From assembly GCA_907165135.1 (NCBI GenBank), contig OU015566.1, forward strand, positions 3,720,001 through 3,784,000: DNA of 64,000 bases, given 5' to 3'. This document shows, one piece after another, positions 23,429-34,862 of the stretch; positions within the stretch are counted from its first letter, which is position 1, and each line of letters opens with the position of its first letter. The translations under genes and the position numbers were made by a program. The notes below the pieces were generated by a model. It saw only the letters and a program-made list of their open reading frames with translations. It searched no databases and was not told the DNA's origin. Source of the stretch: Oikopleura dioica (Eukaryota > Animalia > Chordata).

Positions 23429-23762
23429 GTTACCGAGCGAAGAATAAGTTTCCTAACTCTTATCACGGTTGGGTTAACCATCATTATAAAACCGATCTTA
23501 TCAGCAAATAAAAACAATAGAAAAACGCACGGTCTCTAGTCACGTCATTCAATCTGCTCGGATGATCTGCCAAGCTCGATCCAATTATCATTACGTTTAC
23601 TTTACCTTGGCTCTAAGAATGCGAAAAATTGAGGGGGTAAAATGACGTGCGATTAAATCTGAACCAGCGGGTTTTGGATAAAGGAAGGGATTGGAATTTC
23701 ATATCGGAAAATTTAAAAAACTGAACTTTTGGCCAAATTTGGGGAAAAACTGGGTTCAGGAA

Positions 23763-23912
23763 CCTGTGTAGAAGACCTGACTCAGGGTCGTAAAGAACAA
23801 AGGGAAAAGCCGCGTTGCGGCTATTATAGAAAAAAAGCCGCAACGCGGCTTCGCCTGAATTTAAAACTCTCCTGAGTCCTGACTCAGACCCTGACTCAGG
23901 ATTTCTACACAG
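23763..23912. mobile_element. MITE family X, copy 2
   Basis: CTGTGTAGAAGACCTGACTCAGGGTC ... GACCCTGACTCAGGATTTCTACACAG; two internal AAGCCGC palindromes. Confidence 0.75.
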
Positions 23913-24279
23913 CTTCACTCGAAAAGGAGAACCTGAAAAACAGCTGTTCTCATTTCCTATTCAACGATGATGATGATTGCGCTATTGATTTATCACTCTG
24001 CCAAGTCACAAGTGCTTGACTATTGATTTTCCTTCAAAAATAGATTCAATTTCAATATGCCTTGAAAACAGAACATTTTTGGAGGATGATCTTTTTTTCG
24101 GCCAGAAATCAATTTGACGCGCAGTTGGCGCGAATGATGGACAATGACGGAAATTTATGGAAATTTTTTGGAGCCCGCGAAAATCATCATTTTCCGATCC
24201 TTTCGTTTTCTCTGTTTACTTTGAAGGAGGGAAAAACGACCAATTGAAGAATAAAGATCAAATGATGATTGAAAATCAA

Positions 24280-25260
24280 GAATTCGCTTGCGGCTTCGAG
24301 TTTGAGAGAAAATTAAAAGCCGCGCTTACCGCGGCTTGTTTCTTATTCACTCGAAGCCGCAAGCGAATTTTCAATTATCATCGATATTTCTAGAGATTTT
24401 CTTCAATTGGTCAAAAAAAACTAGCCGCGAAAAAGCGCGGCTTCTTCATTACTCGAAGCCGCAAGCGGCTTCTCGCACCGATAAATGCTCATTGTCAAAT
24501 GGCTTCCAATCAAATAAAAAAAAAAGTTTTTTTTTCGAGTCAAAAAGCTTAAAAAAAATCATTGATTAAAAAAAGGTATCAATTAAAACTGGTATTTGCT
24601 GCTTTCTCCAAAAATGCATAATTTTGATGTGAAAATTACATGCTTCTGTGTTGCCAATAATATTTTTATGTGATTTTGCTTGAACTGACCATGTTTTTTA
24701 ACGACTTGCTACAAAAAGAAAAACTTGCCATTTTCCGACTTGCGGTTTACTTCATTTTCAACTTAAAATGCAGGAAATTGGATTTAATGATAATTCAAGG
24801 TCAGGAAAAAGAGGGAAAAGTGTTTGCTCACGTCTGTGCACGAGATGAGATGATTTCTCGATTTGAGAATGGGATGTGCAAATACAGTAATGATTCTAAG
24901 AATGCGGAGCATAAGCATTTTTTCGACAAGATTAATGGTAAAAACGAAAAGCCGCTTGCGGCTTTGAACGATCTTAGACAAAAAAGCCGCGCTTTCTTTT
25001 TTGACTCGAAGCTTCGCTCGAATAACTGAGTAAAATCCCTGTGTCAGGATTCTGATAGATTTCAAATGAAAAGCCGAAAACAATCGTTTCGAGTTCCGGA
25101 CAAGCCGATTCGCGGCTAAGTTAAAAAAAGCCGCTGCATGGCAATGTTATTAAAGATCTCGGGGTTTTCGGGCGAAGTTTTGAGTCAAATAGAAAAACAA
25201 GAAAAGTGCAGTTTTTTTGTCAAAGATCCCTCGAAGCCGCTAGCGGCTTTTTTTAGTAAA
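24280..25260. repeat. Cluster of nested AAGCCGC/GCGGCTT palindromes (family X relics)
   Basis: 21-bp inverted repeat AATTCGCTTGCGGCTTCGAGT / ACTCGAAGCCGCAAGCGAATT at ~24280-24370, with further palindromes to ~25250. Confidence 0.6.
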
Positions 25261-26181
25261 ATCAATATTTTTATTGATATTTTTTATCTAATTTTCTTAT
25301 TTTCTTCGAATTTTATTTTCGCTTTTTTAAAAAATTTTATATAATAATATTTCTACCTTTCATCAAATCCAGAACAACAGCTAGAAAATAAACTCCTCGC
25401 CGTTTTTATCATCTTCTTTTTCTTCGTTTATTCAACTCTCTCCTTTTTTAATTCTTCAATTTCGTCTCTTATTCGCGGCGAAATGAATGAATGAAGTGTT
25501 TAAAATTGCAATAAGTTGGGATTATTAAACCTCTCGATAACGCTGAGAACGGAGCCGCTCGATTTTTTCGATTTCTTCTCTTTTTTTGCAGCGCTGCGAG
25601 TTGACGGCGCAGCGCGGAGGGCGCCAGAGTGAGAAACAGCGCATTTTTGACATTTTTATCAGGGAGGGATTTTATAACTGTAATTGACCTGTTATTGCAA
25701 TTTTCGATCATCGGAAAAATCAGGGCAAAAAAAATTTTTAGATTTTACAAATTTTAACGTCAAAAATTCGAAAAAGACATCAAAAATTACCAATTTTTAA
25801 GAGGTCTTTTCTTCCAAAATTACCATGATGATACCCTTATTTTCTTCCATATATCCTAAGCTCGAACCCTTATTTGAAGATTCTATAAGCAAAAAATAAA
25901 CAAAAAAATTCGGTAGAGTTTTATTAAGGGATCCCAAGGGACCTAATTATGAAACTTTACCAGCAGTTAGAAAAAAGGGTGCAGTTGTTTCATGGTAGCT
26001 GATCAAACTCGCCGCTACTTCCTTATGAGCTTCTCGCCATCTGTGACTACACTCTCGAGAGCACTCAGACTCGATTCAATCAGACCGCCTTTTTGTCACT
26101 TCCTTTTTTTTGGTCACGTGCTTCTCCTTCAGAAGTTTAAGGAAATTGAAGATATGACATCCTAAGCCTGGAAACATAAGA

Positions 26182-26393
26182 AGAAAGCCTAAGTCAGGGT
26201 CTAATAGAACTGAAATGAAAAGCCGCGCAGCGGCTTTCTGAAAAACGAAGCCACAAAGCGGCTTCGCTCATTTAGCCATTACATTCTATCGAAAATTCTG
26301 GCGAAGCCACTACGCGGCTTCGTTTTTGAAAAAGCCGCTGCGCGGCTTTTCATTTTAGTTCTTTCTGACCCTGTCTAAGGCTTTCTACACAGG
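26182..26393. mobile_element. MITE family X, copy 3
   Basis: AGAAAGCCTAAGTCAGGGTC ... GACCCTGTCTAAGGCTTTCTACACAGG; four symmetric AAGCC(G/A)C palindromes. Confidence 0.7.
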
Positions 26394-26950
26394 TTGTCCA
26401 GCCCTTTATCGTAAATTATACAGTAAAAAAGCCCTGTTTAGCCATTTCCGCTTCTGAGTTTATCCCCGGGTTTCCTGCCCCCCGAAACGCTTTCCTGTTT
26501 CATTTTCTTAATTGCGAGTAGATTTGGAACGCGGCCAAATCGCAGATGTTTCTGTCAATTTGGCGACACAATCGACAAATAAGCAACATGCAAAAAATTG
26601 ACATCTTTACGACCTTTTCATTCTAAATTTGCGCCGCTTCCTCTCTCACCGTCTGATTTTGCACGTGAGGGAGAATTTCAAAAACAATATTCTTTATTTC
26701 ATTAGAAAATTTATTTTTCCCTTTTTTGATAAAAAAGAATCGAAAATTTCCACTTGAAATTGAAAAGTGCTCTCGAAAAGAATTAAGGGGCTCCAATCAG
26801 GGACTTTTTGAAGCATACTCATGGTACTTGGCAAGAATTACAAGATTTGGTGAAAATCAACCTTTTTGAAGAAAAAAATGAAGTTCCAAATTGAGCAAAA
26901 GTAGAGCCCTTCCGATTTTCAAGGTTAGGGTTAGAGTGTTTATTGGCTTT

Positions 26951-27070
26951 TTGACGACATTTGGCAACATTCGGCGACATTCTTCGACATTCGGCGAAAT
27001 TTGGCGACATTTTGCGACATTCGGCGACATTTTGCGACATTTGGCAACATTCGGCGACATTTTGCGACAC
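26951..27070. repeat. 10-bp minisatellite x12 (consensus TTGGCGACAT)
   Basis: Twelve in-register decamers ending (G/C)ACAT; preceded by GGTTAGGGTTAG. Confidence 0.95.
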
Positions 27071-27314
27071 AAAAAATGTCGTCTATTTTCAAAAATATCT
27101 ACAAATTTCATATTTACAAAAGAAATCCTCTGAATAACCCTCGGAAATCCCTTCTTTTTCACAGAAATGCGCAATAAAAATCTGATAAGGATCGAACCAC
27201 CATCTGTTCAACCCTTTTTTTCTCACCCAATATCACGGTCAAAATCAAGCTCCTCCAATCACCGCGCTCTCATCCCTTCTATTTTCGTCACTCACCCGCG
27301 ACGATCGATTTATT

Positions 27315-27359
27315 GTATAGTAATCACGCATTAATAAATATGGTAACAGGAATATTCCC
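27315..27359 (-). repeat. Split direct repeat B2 (45 bp, 3' terminus of element)
   Basis: Identical to 27750-27794: GTATAGTAATCACGCATTAATAAATATGGTAACAGGAATATTCCC. Confidence 0.95.
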
Positions 27360-27487
27360 GAGCACGCGCAATTACAATACTATGGAAGACTCTGGCCGTT
27401 TTGAGTCTAGGTTATGGCTTGGGTAGTATGTAAGCGTGTGCTCGTTTACCTACATACTAACGCTTATTCTAGGGACGGAGGGCGGGT

Positions 27488-27794
27488 GTCTTTGAGAGTT
27501 GATTAAATTCTCGGCTTTGCGAGTTTGGAGGCTCTCAAAGATTCTCTTAACTTTTTCCCTGTGAATATTATAGCCCTAGGCTATAATTTTCGGTTCTGGC
27601 TTGCGTGATTCTATGCAGCCGCTTAAGTGTCTCGCTCTCTTGCGCCTGTATCACCTCCCGTTTTGGAAATGGGTCACGGCACTGTCGGTTCTTTAGTTGC
27701 TAATCCGAGTCCACCGATGCTTGAAGCTGCTAATCCGAATCCTATATTCGTATAGTAATCACGCATTAATAAATATGGTAACAGGAATATTCCC
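27488..27794 (-). repeat. Internal B1-A2 junction (A2 27488-27749, 262 bp; B1 27750-27794, 45 bp)
   Basis: A2 matches 42050-42311 and abuts B1 directly. Confidence 0.95.
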
Positions 27795-27844
27795 TCCCCT
27801 ACCATTTTTGTTATTCTCATCATTGCTAGGTCATTATGGCAATT

Positions 27845-29067
27845 TTATTTTGGAAATATTGGCAGTTTGAACGAAGGTTTTACCAGAGGCTTATTATTCC
27901 GTTTCGCTCTTCTGCTTCTTAGCTTCTTGAGCATCTTCCGGATCTTCGGAGTCTGATCCTGTCTTAGACTTATTTTAAATATATTTTCAGGCTTAATTCC
28001 TACCTGCTGTGTCTCAGGTTGTTCTTTGAGGCGCCTCTTAGCTGCTCGAGCCTCTGCAATTGATGCTGGGGCCCCGTTATCGGTGCATTCCAGCCAGCAT
28101 CGTTCGTAATAGTCTGGCATGACGCTTCCTGGTGCCCAGCGCATCGTGTGAGCCAGTGTGTTTTGGGCTTGGCCGGCCCTGCGGCCCTCCACGTAGAAGC
28201 TGACTCGGCCTGAGTGGGCTGATACCTAGATTTTGGCATAAAATATTTTTTTTTCGGTTAGCGTAGCTCTTACCTTTTTGTCGAGTCCTGCCTTTTCACT
28301 GTAGCGTCTCAGATAGTCGCCCGCGATGCTTGTTTTTCCTTCTAGAAGCGGAAACACTAAGCCTTAAGGTTTTTGATGCTTTGGGGTTTGCGTGGTGCTG
28401 TTGTACCTTTTGCTTTGTCACGTAGTTGGTGTCGAAGCTCTGTTGTGATGGGTGCTCCGTGTTCTATATCCATTGGAACGTTGAGCGTTTCCATTCGTTT
28501 GCAAAAAGGGTCTGTTTTGCTGCTTCTGATGTGGAAGCGCCAGTACTCCTTGCCATTTTCTTTGAGGATGCTTCTGTCCTCAATTCGGAGATTCAGAACT
28601 TCGCCCATTCGAGCCCCCGTGACGTAGGTGAAGAAGAAGGCCATCGCTGCTTCTCGAGGCTTGGGTTTTTTAGTTTCCATGAGCTCGTGCCAAAGCTTAA
28701 CTGCTTCCGATTCTTCCAGGACTTCTGCTTGCTGAAATTTGGGTTTTTTTTTTTGGTTTTTCCGTTCGCTTACCTTGGGGAATTGAAGCGATTCTTTGGC
28801 AGATTCTCTCGCTCTGTGTTCGCACCAGAGCTTTATTTGACGCTTTTCTTTCTGGCTAAGGGCCTTGTTTAGTTTTAGGGCCGCTACATCTTGGATGAGG
28901 GTTACCCCTTTGCCATAAGCGTAGGCTTTAAGCTGCGGTCTGACTAGAAGCCTGTCCAGGAAATGTTGGATGATATCTTCGTGGGAAGCTTCCTGGTAGT
29001 TGAAGCTTGCCAAAGCCTCGGCGATGTCCCAGAGTTCTTTGAGATTCTCGAGTTCCAGCCAGGTCAT
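27845..29067 (-). CDS. Tyrosine recombinase, 3 exons, 374 aa
   Basis: Exons 29067-28407, 28356-28274, 28225-27845; GT-AG introns of 50 and 48 nt. Spliced product has R (GARMGE), K (RSSKTD), HxxR (AHSGR), W (MRW) and Y (DYY). A further in-frame 45-nt intron near 28000 is possible. Confidence 0.93.
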
Positions 29068-29243
29068 TTCTGAAACTTCAGGGGTTAAGAAACTGCCACA
29101 ATTCTTAATATATTTTTTTTTTTAGGAATGGTGGGCTAATCCCTTTTACTGTTTAATTGAGGGGCAGTTTTTTTTTTAAAGGGTTTTTATAGAGTGGCTA
29201 TGGGGCAGTTTTATTTTGCGCTGGCTGTCTGAGGCTTGACGCT

Positions 29244-30485
29244 TTACTCGACGCCTCCTTGATCTTGAAATTTCTTGGGAGCGTCATTGTTGCTGCTGTT
29301 TCCTCCTCCGCGACCTCGTCCTCTGCCTCGTCCTCGGCCTCTGCCTCTGCCTCGGAAGCCTTTGTTTTTCTGGTCATCCGTATTATCAGTTTTTTGGCCG
29401 TTGTTGTGGTCTCCACGCGGCTTTTTGGCTGAGCCTGCATCTGAGAAACCGCCTCGGCGACCCCTTTTGCTGCCGGAGTCTTTTCCTGTGAGTCTCCAGT
29501 CTTCTGAGCCGTCCATCGCCGCTTGTAGCCATTTTTTGTGATGCGGTGTGGTCATGTTCATGTTTAGGGAGTGCTCGAAGTCCATTTGGGTGTTGGCGGT
29601 CATAAGGGCTGAGCATCGAAGGAGGGCTGTTCTCCGAGGCATGTCCGGGGTTTTGATCAGGAAATCCATGATGGCCGTTACCACTGGCTTTGCTCGCTTC
29701 TCAGGCCCCATAGCCGCTTTGTAGCGTCTTAGAAGCTCCATCAGCTCGTGCCCCTTGAACATTCGCTGCTTCTTCGCGTCTGTAATGAAGTGGCGGAATC
29801 GTCGGCCCATTTCGTCCAGGTTTTCACCTTCGCCTTGGTTAAGGTCAACCGCTCCGATCTGGGTCTAAAAGAATTCGTTTTTCTAGGATTCTCTTTTTGG
29901 TAGTTTTACCCTGTAGTAGGAAGTGATGCCTGTTGTTGGGCAGGTTTCCGAGTGAATTGCCGCTGTCTCGCCTTTCTTATGAGTCAGGTCGGAGATTTCC
30001 GCTTCCCGAATCTTGATCGCCTTGAGCATGGTGGACTTCGCTGCGTAGCGCTCCATTTTCTTGACGCTTAGTTTTTCGAGTGCCTCCGCTATTTCTTTAG
30101 GGTTGTTGGCATCGTAGAACTTGTTGTCCTCGGCAGATCGCTTTCTTGCATTTGGCTCTGCTTCCTTGATTTCGATGCTTTTTTGGCGATTTTCGGCGAG
30201 AGTCTTCATTTCGGCCTAAAAATCATCTTTTTGACGACTTAAGGTTAGTGGCTAGGATCTTACGATGAGTTCGTCCGTCATAGAATCGTGGAAGACGAGG
30301 TCGTTGCGTATGTCGTCGATTTCGAGTCTTAGCCGCTTTATCTCTTCCGAAGCTTCGGGGGATTCTTGGTCGGCTTCGTAGTCGGCCTGCGTGATGGCTA
30401 TCCGCGTAGCTCGTGTTCTTGAATCATGCTGCGTGGACGTAAAGTGCTCCTTCAACATTGACAACACATTATGATGGTCGCCCAT
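29244..30485 (-). CDS. Element ORF-E, 3 exons, 382 aa, coiled-coil with C-terminal (GR)n tail; putative nucleic-acid-binding/structural protein
   Basis: Exons 30485-30264, 30215-29910, 29864-29244; GT-AG introns of 48 and 45 nt, both phase 0 and frame-joining; GFRGRGRGRGRGRGRGRGG near the end. Confidence 0.85.
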
Positions 30486-30602
30486 ATTGGCAGGTTGATG
30501 CGGCAATCTGAAGAAAGGGTTCGAGTCAGCTGGGTTATAAAATTGGGGCTGCGATTTTGTGTGATGCAAGATAGAAAATATAGTTCTCAAAGAGCTGCTA
30601 AT

Positions 30603-33112
30603 TTAGAGTCTATTGCAGATAATTTTTATGGTGGATATATTCGATGCTATTTTCCAGTAACCAGCTTCTGTCTTTATTTTCGAAGGCGTGAGGATAGAGT
30701 CTGCTGGAATGTCGAAGATTCTTAGGCCTCTAAGCCTTGCTTCAGCGACAACCGGTGTTTCCGCCTCATAGATGGTGATAACAAGCGCCCATGGAGTTGG
30801 GATCTCCAGGAGTCTTTTGAAGAATTTGTATGCTATAACTTGTGGTGGGAAAGCATAAAGGACTCTTCCAATCAATTTATATATTGGGAAGCTTAAAAAG
30901 TCAGCGCCCAACGCGTGTGCGGATTCTCTGCGTGCAATGAAGTCTTCGCATCTCTTGTTAATTTCCTGAAAAGTTGGCCGCTTTATTTTTGAACTGGTGC
31001 TTTTGCTCGATGCTTACCGTTGCTGCCACGTCGACATCCAGCGTCTTTGAGAGATGAGATTGCAGATATGCGAAGCCGTTGTTCGTCAGCCGCTGTTCTC
31101 TCGAATCGATGATTCTGGAAGGCGCGTCTGCCAGCTGCTTTTTTGTGGAAACCCAGTCGACCTTCATATCAATATTGAATCTCTGGGCGACTTCCCAGAT
31201 TCTGACTAAGATGCTGTTCATTTCGAGGTCTTTGCTTCCCACCATGATGCCTTGTACGACCGAGTCGTTGTCGCAGAGGCAGAGGATTCGCTTGTTTTCT
31301 AGCTTCGGTCCGTACCATTCTACGACATAAAGGATAGCCATGGCCTCTTTTATGCAGATGTGGCTGTCTGCTATTTCTTCGTCCCATGCAAATTTTTCTT
31401 CCAAATTCCATTGTTCTATAACGATTGCTCCCGCGTGCATAGATGCATCTGTATAGATAATAATGCCTGATTCTTGACGGTTATGCTGCGTCCAGATTCT
31501 CGAAAGTCCATTCTCTTCAAGTTTCCTCCACTTGGCCCACTCGCTTCTGACCTGATCTGTAAGCTTCGTGAATTCTTGATCTTTGTGCATGGCCTGGGTT
31601 ATTAGGAGCGTCGTTTGGCGGATTAGAAGCCTCATGTTGGAGAAGACTTCTGCCATGCTTGCCATGGTGCCTCTGATTCTTTCTAGCAGCTTGGTTTCCA
31701 CTTGCTGCTTTTCTAGGGCTTCTTGCATGAGGTTTATCAGGGCGTTCCAGCGTTGAGGAGGTATTTCTACCGTTTCTTTGACTGTATCCAGAATGAAGCC
31801 TAGGAATTCGATTCTTTGCGTCGGTTTGAATGTGCTTTTCTCGATGTTCACATAGCCGCCAAGGGAGATCAGAGTAGCTGCTGTCGCCCAGACTTCTTTG
31901 CAGATTTTTGTACCGTCTAGAAGCTGTCTTCTTTCCTCGTCTGATGCTGGTGACACAATCAAGAGGCGATCATCGAGGTAGAGCGTGATTTTTACCCCAT
32001 TTTTTCTCAGAAAATTGACGCCACAGAGGTTCATGAGCTGGTAGATGCCTGGAGCGGCTGGTATTCCGAACGCCAAGATGTTATTCATGAATCTTTGGCC
32101 TCCCCATTCGAAGCAGGCCATTTTGCGGCTTTCTTCTGAGATCGGCAGCTGATGAAAACCTAAATTTTTCAGTTTTTTTTTTTGTGGCAAAAAATTTCTC
32201 GCCTTTTTTATCATCAAACTTGAACAGCAAGTCGCCTCTGTTGAGCATCTGAATCGCTGTGCCTACTGCATCTAATTTGCAGGGGAAGGTAAACAATTGA
32301 AGTGGTTTGAGGATTCCTCCGTTGAGGCAGACTCTTGTTTCCTTTCCGGGCTTGTCCACTAGAATGAAGCCTGATTGCAGCCAGCAGTTTTTCGATGCTT
32401 CTGGAAGCCTTGAGATTGAGCCCATCTTGCACCAGGTGAGGATTTGGTCGATGATTTCTTCGTTTCTAGACAGGACCGCTTCTTGGCTCGCTACGGTAAG
32501 ACTCTTGAATCTTTTCCCGATTTTCTCGTAGGGCTTTGGAACGAATTTTGTGATGCGCAGGCGGCCGTTTTTCCAAGTTTTGTGGTTGCCTCCGAGCTTC
32601 TTGAGGGTTTCTGAGTTTGCGTGATGTCGTTTCCAGCGCGTAACCAGCATCTTTTTCTTGAATTTTTCTGGCTGCTTGTGCGAGATTGGCTTGAGGTTAT
32701 AAAATAGATCGGCCCCGTTCATGACGAAGTGGTAGATGAGAGGCTTGATTTTTTCTGGCATCTGATGAATCAGGGTTCTCCAGTTGTCTTTATTGTGTGT
32801 CCAAATGCCGGCGATGAAGTCCGATTCTTTTTTGAAGAAGAGTGAGCTCCAGTCTGGCTTCTCGCGGCCTTCTAAGACTGCAACGACTCTTTCTAGCAGC
32901 TTTGATTCATAGATTTTCCATTCTTGCAGTGAGTTTGGGCCTTTAACGTGTGATTCTTTTAATGTGACAGGTGTGATGAGGCTAGTTTTCAATGGCTCGA
33001 ACGCGCCTTTATTAGCTAGAGCCGTCATTTGCGACTCGATGCTCGCCCAAGTCGTCGCCTTCTTCGGTTTCTTCTCTTTTTCGCTTTCCTCCTTGTCTCC
33101 AGGCGCCTGCAT
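30603..33112 (-). CDS. Pol: reverse transcriptase, RNase H and DIRS-type adenine-methyltransferase-like domain, 3 exons, 804 aa
   Basis: Exons 33112-32203, 32159-31018, 30965-30603. Motifs FDDKKG|FHQLPI, LAFGIPAAP, YLDD, IEFLG; RNase H YTDAS, IKEAMA, CDN, LADAPSR; MTase LDVDVAAT|EINKRC...LGADF...YAFPP. Introns: 43-nt GC-AG and 52-nt GT-AG. Confidence 0.95.
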
Positions 33113-34483
33113 GGTCGTAGTTTTTAGGAATAGGGATTCGCCAAAACAGCTTTTCGTAAGTCGTGCCGCTCAGTGACGCTGGATTCTCTAAGCCTCTTTC
33201 GATTCTGTCGTCGATTCCACTTAGATTGAGGATCTTGTATTCGGCCTCCGGGATGTTTTGGCGGTTTGGCCAGATTCTTCGTAATGATAAGATTGCGTCC
33301 CAGGCTGTAAACTCCGGGTTACAATCCACATTTGCCAAGAAATCCTTAAGAATGATGCTGATTGGGTTAGCTTCACCCAGTAGGGAGTTCAAATGCGTCC
33401 AGGCCGATCTTGCCGCGCTTGAAAGGAGTCTCGGGAAGATGCAGCGGGTATTCGTGATTTGGAAAAGGATTTCTCCAAAGATTGCGTTCGCAATGGCTGC
33501 AGCCATCTGTCTTTCGTTTGAGAAGGAGGCACTTCTTTCCTCCACCCTTCTGTTCAGGACTTGTTTGAATCTTAGGTTCCAGATGTGGGAGTAGATAATG
33601 AATCTGACTGACGCTTTAGAGTTCGAGGCTGCTAGTTTCTCGCATTTGGCCACGGCCATTTTCAGGATAGCTTCTGCTGGGTGGCCCCAGAGCCTTCCTA
33701 TTATCCAGAAGATGGCTTCTTCTAGCTTCTGAAGATCTTCTCCGCTTATTGAGTCTTGTTCAGTAGGCGCCATCGTAGTTGCCCAAAACACCAGCTCTTT
33801 GGACCGGAAGATTTCCGAATTGTGGACTTGCTTCATCAGATTCTCCACTAGCGGTCTTACTTTCCCTTCGATTGTGTTCTGAATCGCTTCTACTTCTATT
33901 TTATTAGTAGATGCTATGCGTCTGTTGATGTTGATTGACGTGCTGTGGAGCAGTGTTGCAATAGCTTGGAAAGCCTCTGTGGATTCGGCTGCTTCTGTTT
34001 CCTCTTCTTCCATTTGTCTGAGGATTTTTTTTACCGCGTTTGGAGCTTCTTGGGATTCTGAGAATATTTTCAGCGCTTCTTTGACGAGGTTCGTCATTTT
34101 TGCCTCTACCGTTTCTCCATAGCAAGCGACTCTTTTAGGAGGCACCGCTGCGTTCGTGTTGAGGCTATTTTGGATATCCCAGATTAGGGCTTTTAAAATT
34201 TCCAATTGAAGAGTTGTTCTTGCTTCATGAGCGGTTGGAAGGGTGGCTGGTATTTCGGGGACTTCCTCTGCTGCTTCCTCATCCGATTCTGCTGAGATGC
34301 TCTCCGAGAGGGATTCCTCTTTTTAAGGATAAGAAGCTTTGCACCATAAATTTAGATTCTATGTGAAAATGTGGACTTACTTCCAGGTTAAAGCTTCGAC
34401 TCTAAGTGATTAATTCAAAAAATAGAATCAGTCCTGATCTCAATGACCTCTTTTTTTTTTTGGCTACTGAAGCTTCCGTGCAT
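33012..34483 (-). CDS. Element ORF-C, 3 exons, 453 aa, probable Gag-position protein overlapping pol
   Basis: Exons 34483-34448, 34401-34381, 34316-33012 (GT-AG introns of 46 and 64 nt) give one frame; 3' end overlaps the pol start by 101 nt in another frame. Gag identity inferred from position only; the two small 5' exons are less certain. Confidence 0.75.
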
Positions 34484-34862
34484 CAAAAGCTAATCCAAAA
34501 CTTTATATCTATCCTTCTCCTGAGGCTGAAGGCATCTGTGAATCTTTTGGGGGGACTTCGCATGATCCAGACTCGAGTTTCATTTGCCCTTCTAAACTTT
34601 TGTCTTTGAGTCTCTTTTTTTTTGACTCTTGTATTCTTAAAAGGTATTTCTTTTTGAGACTTAGTGCTACATTTCTTTTGCCAGTAAAGAGTCGAATGTC
34701 TTCTATTGAGACTTGCTTATTTATTTTAGCACAGTTGGCTATTTGCCTAAGTAAAAGTTTTTTCCGTTAAAAAATTTGAAGATACAGATGATTAATAAGA
34801 GGCTTTTCCTATGATGAACAACTTTTCGTTGTTTTTGAATCTTCTTGCTTCTTTTGGCAGCA

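Noticed and set aside
23284-25344. Many 60-120-aa ORFs
   Set aside because: They run through palindromic MITE sequence, which is stop-poor on both strands
26819-27174. ORFs with MSPNVAKCR repeats
   Set aside because: Translation of the 10-bp minisatellite
27265-27290. Spliced-leader RNA gene
   Set aside because: Only an 8-nt CTCATCCC resemblance to the leader as I recall it; no donor or Sm site
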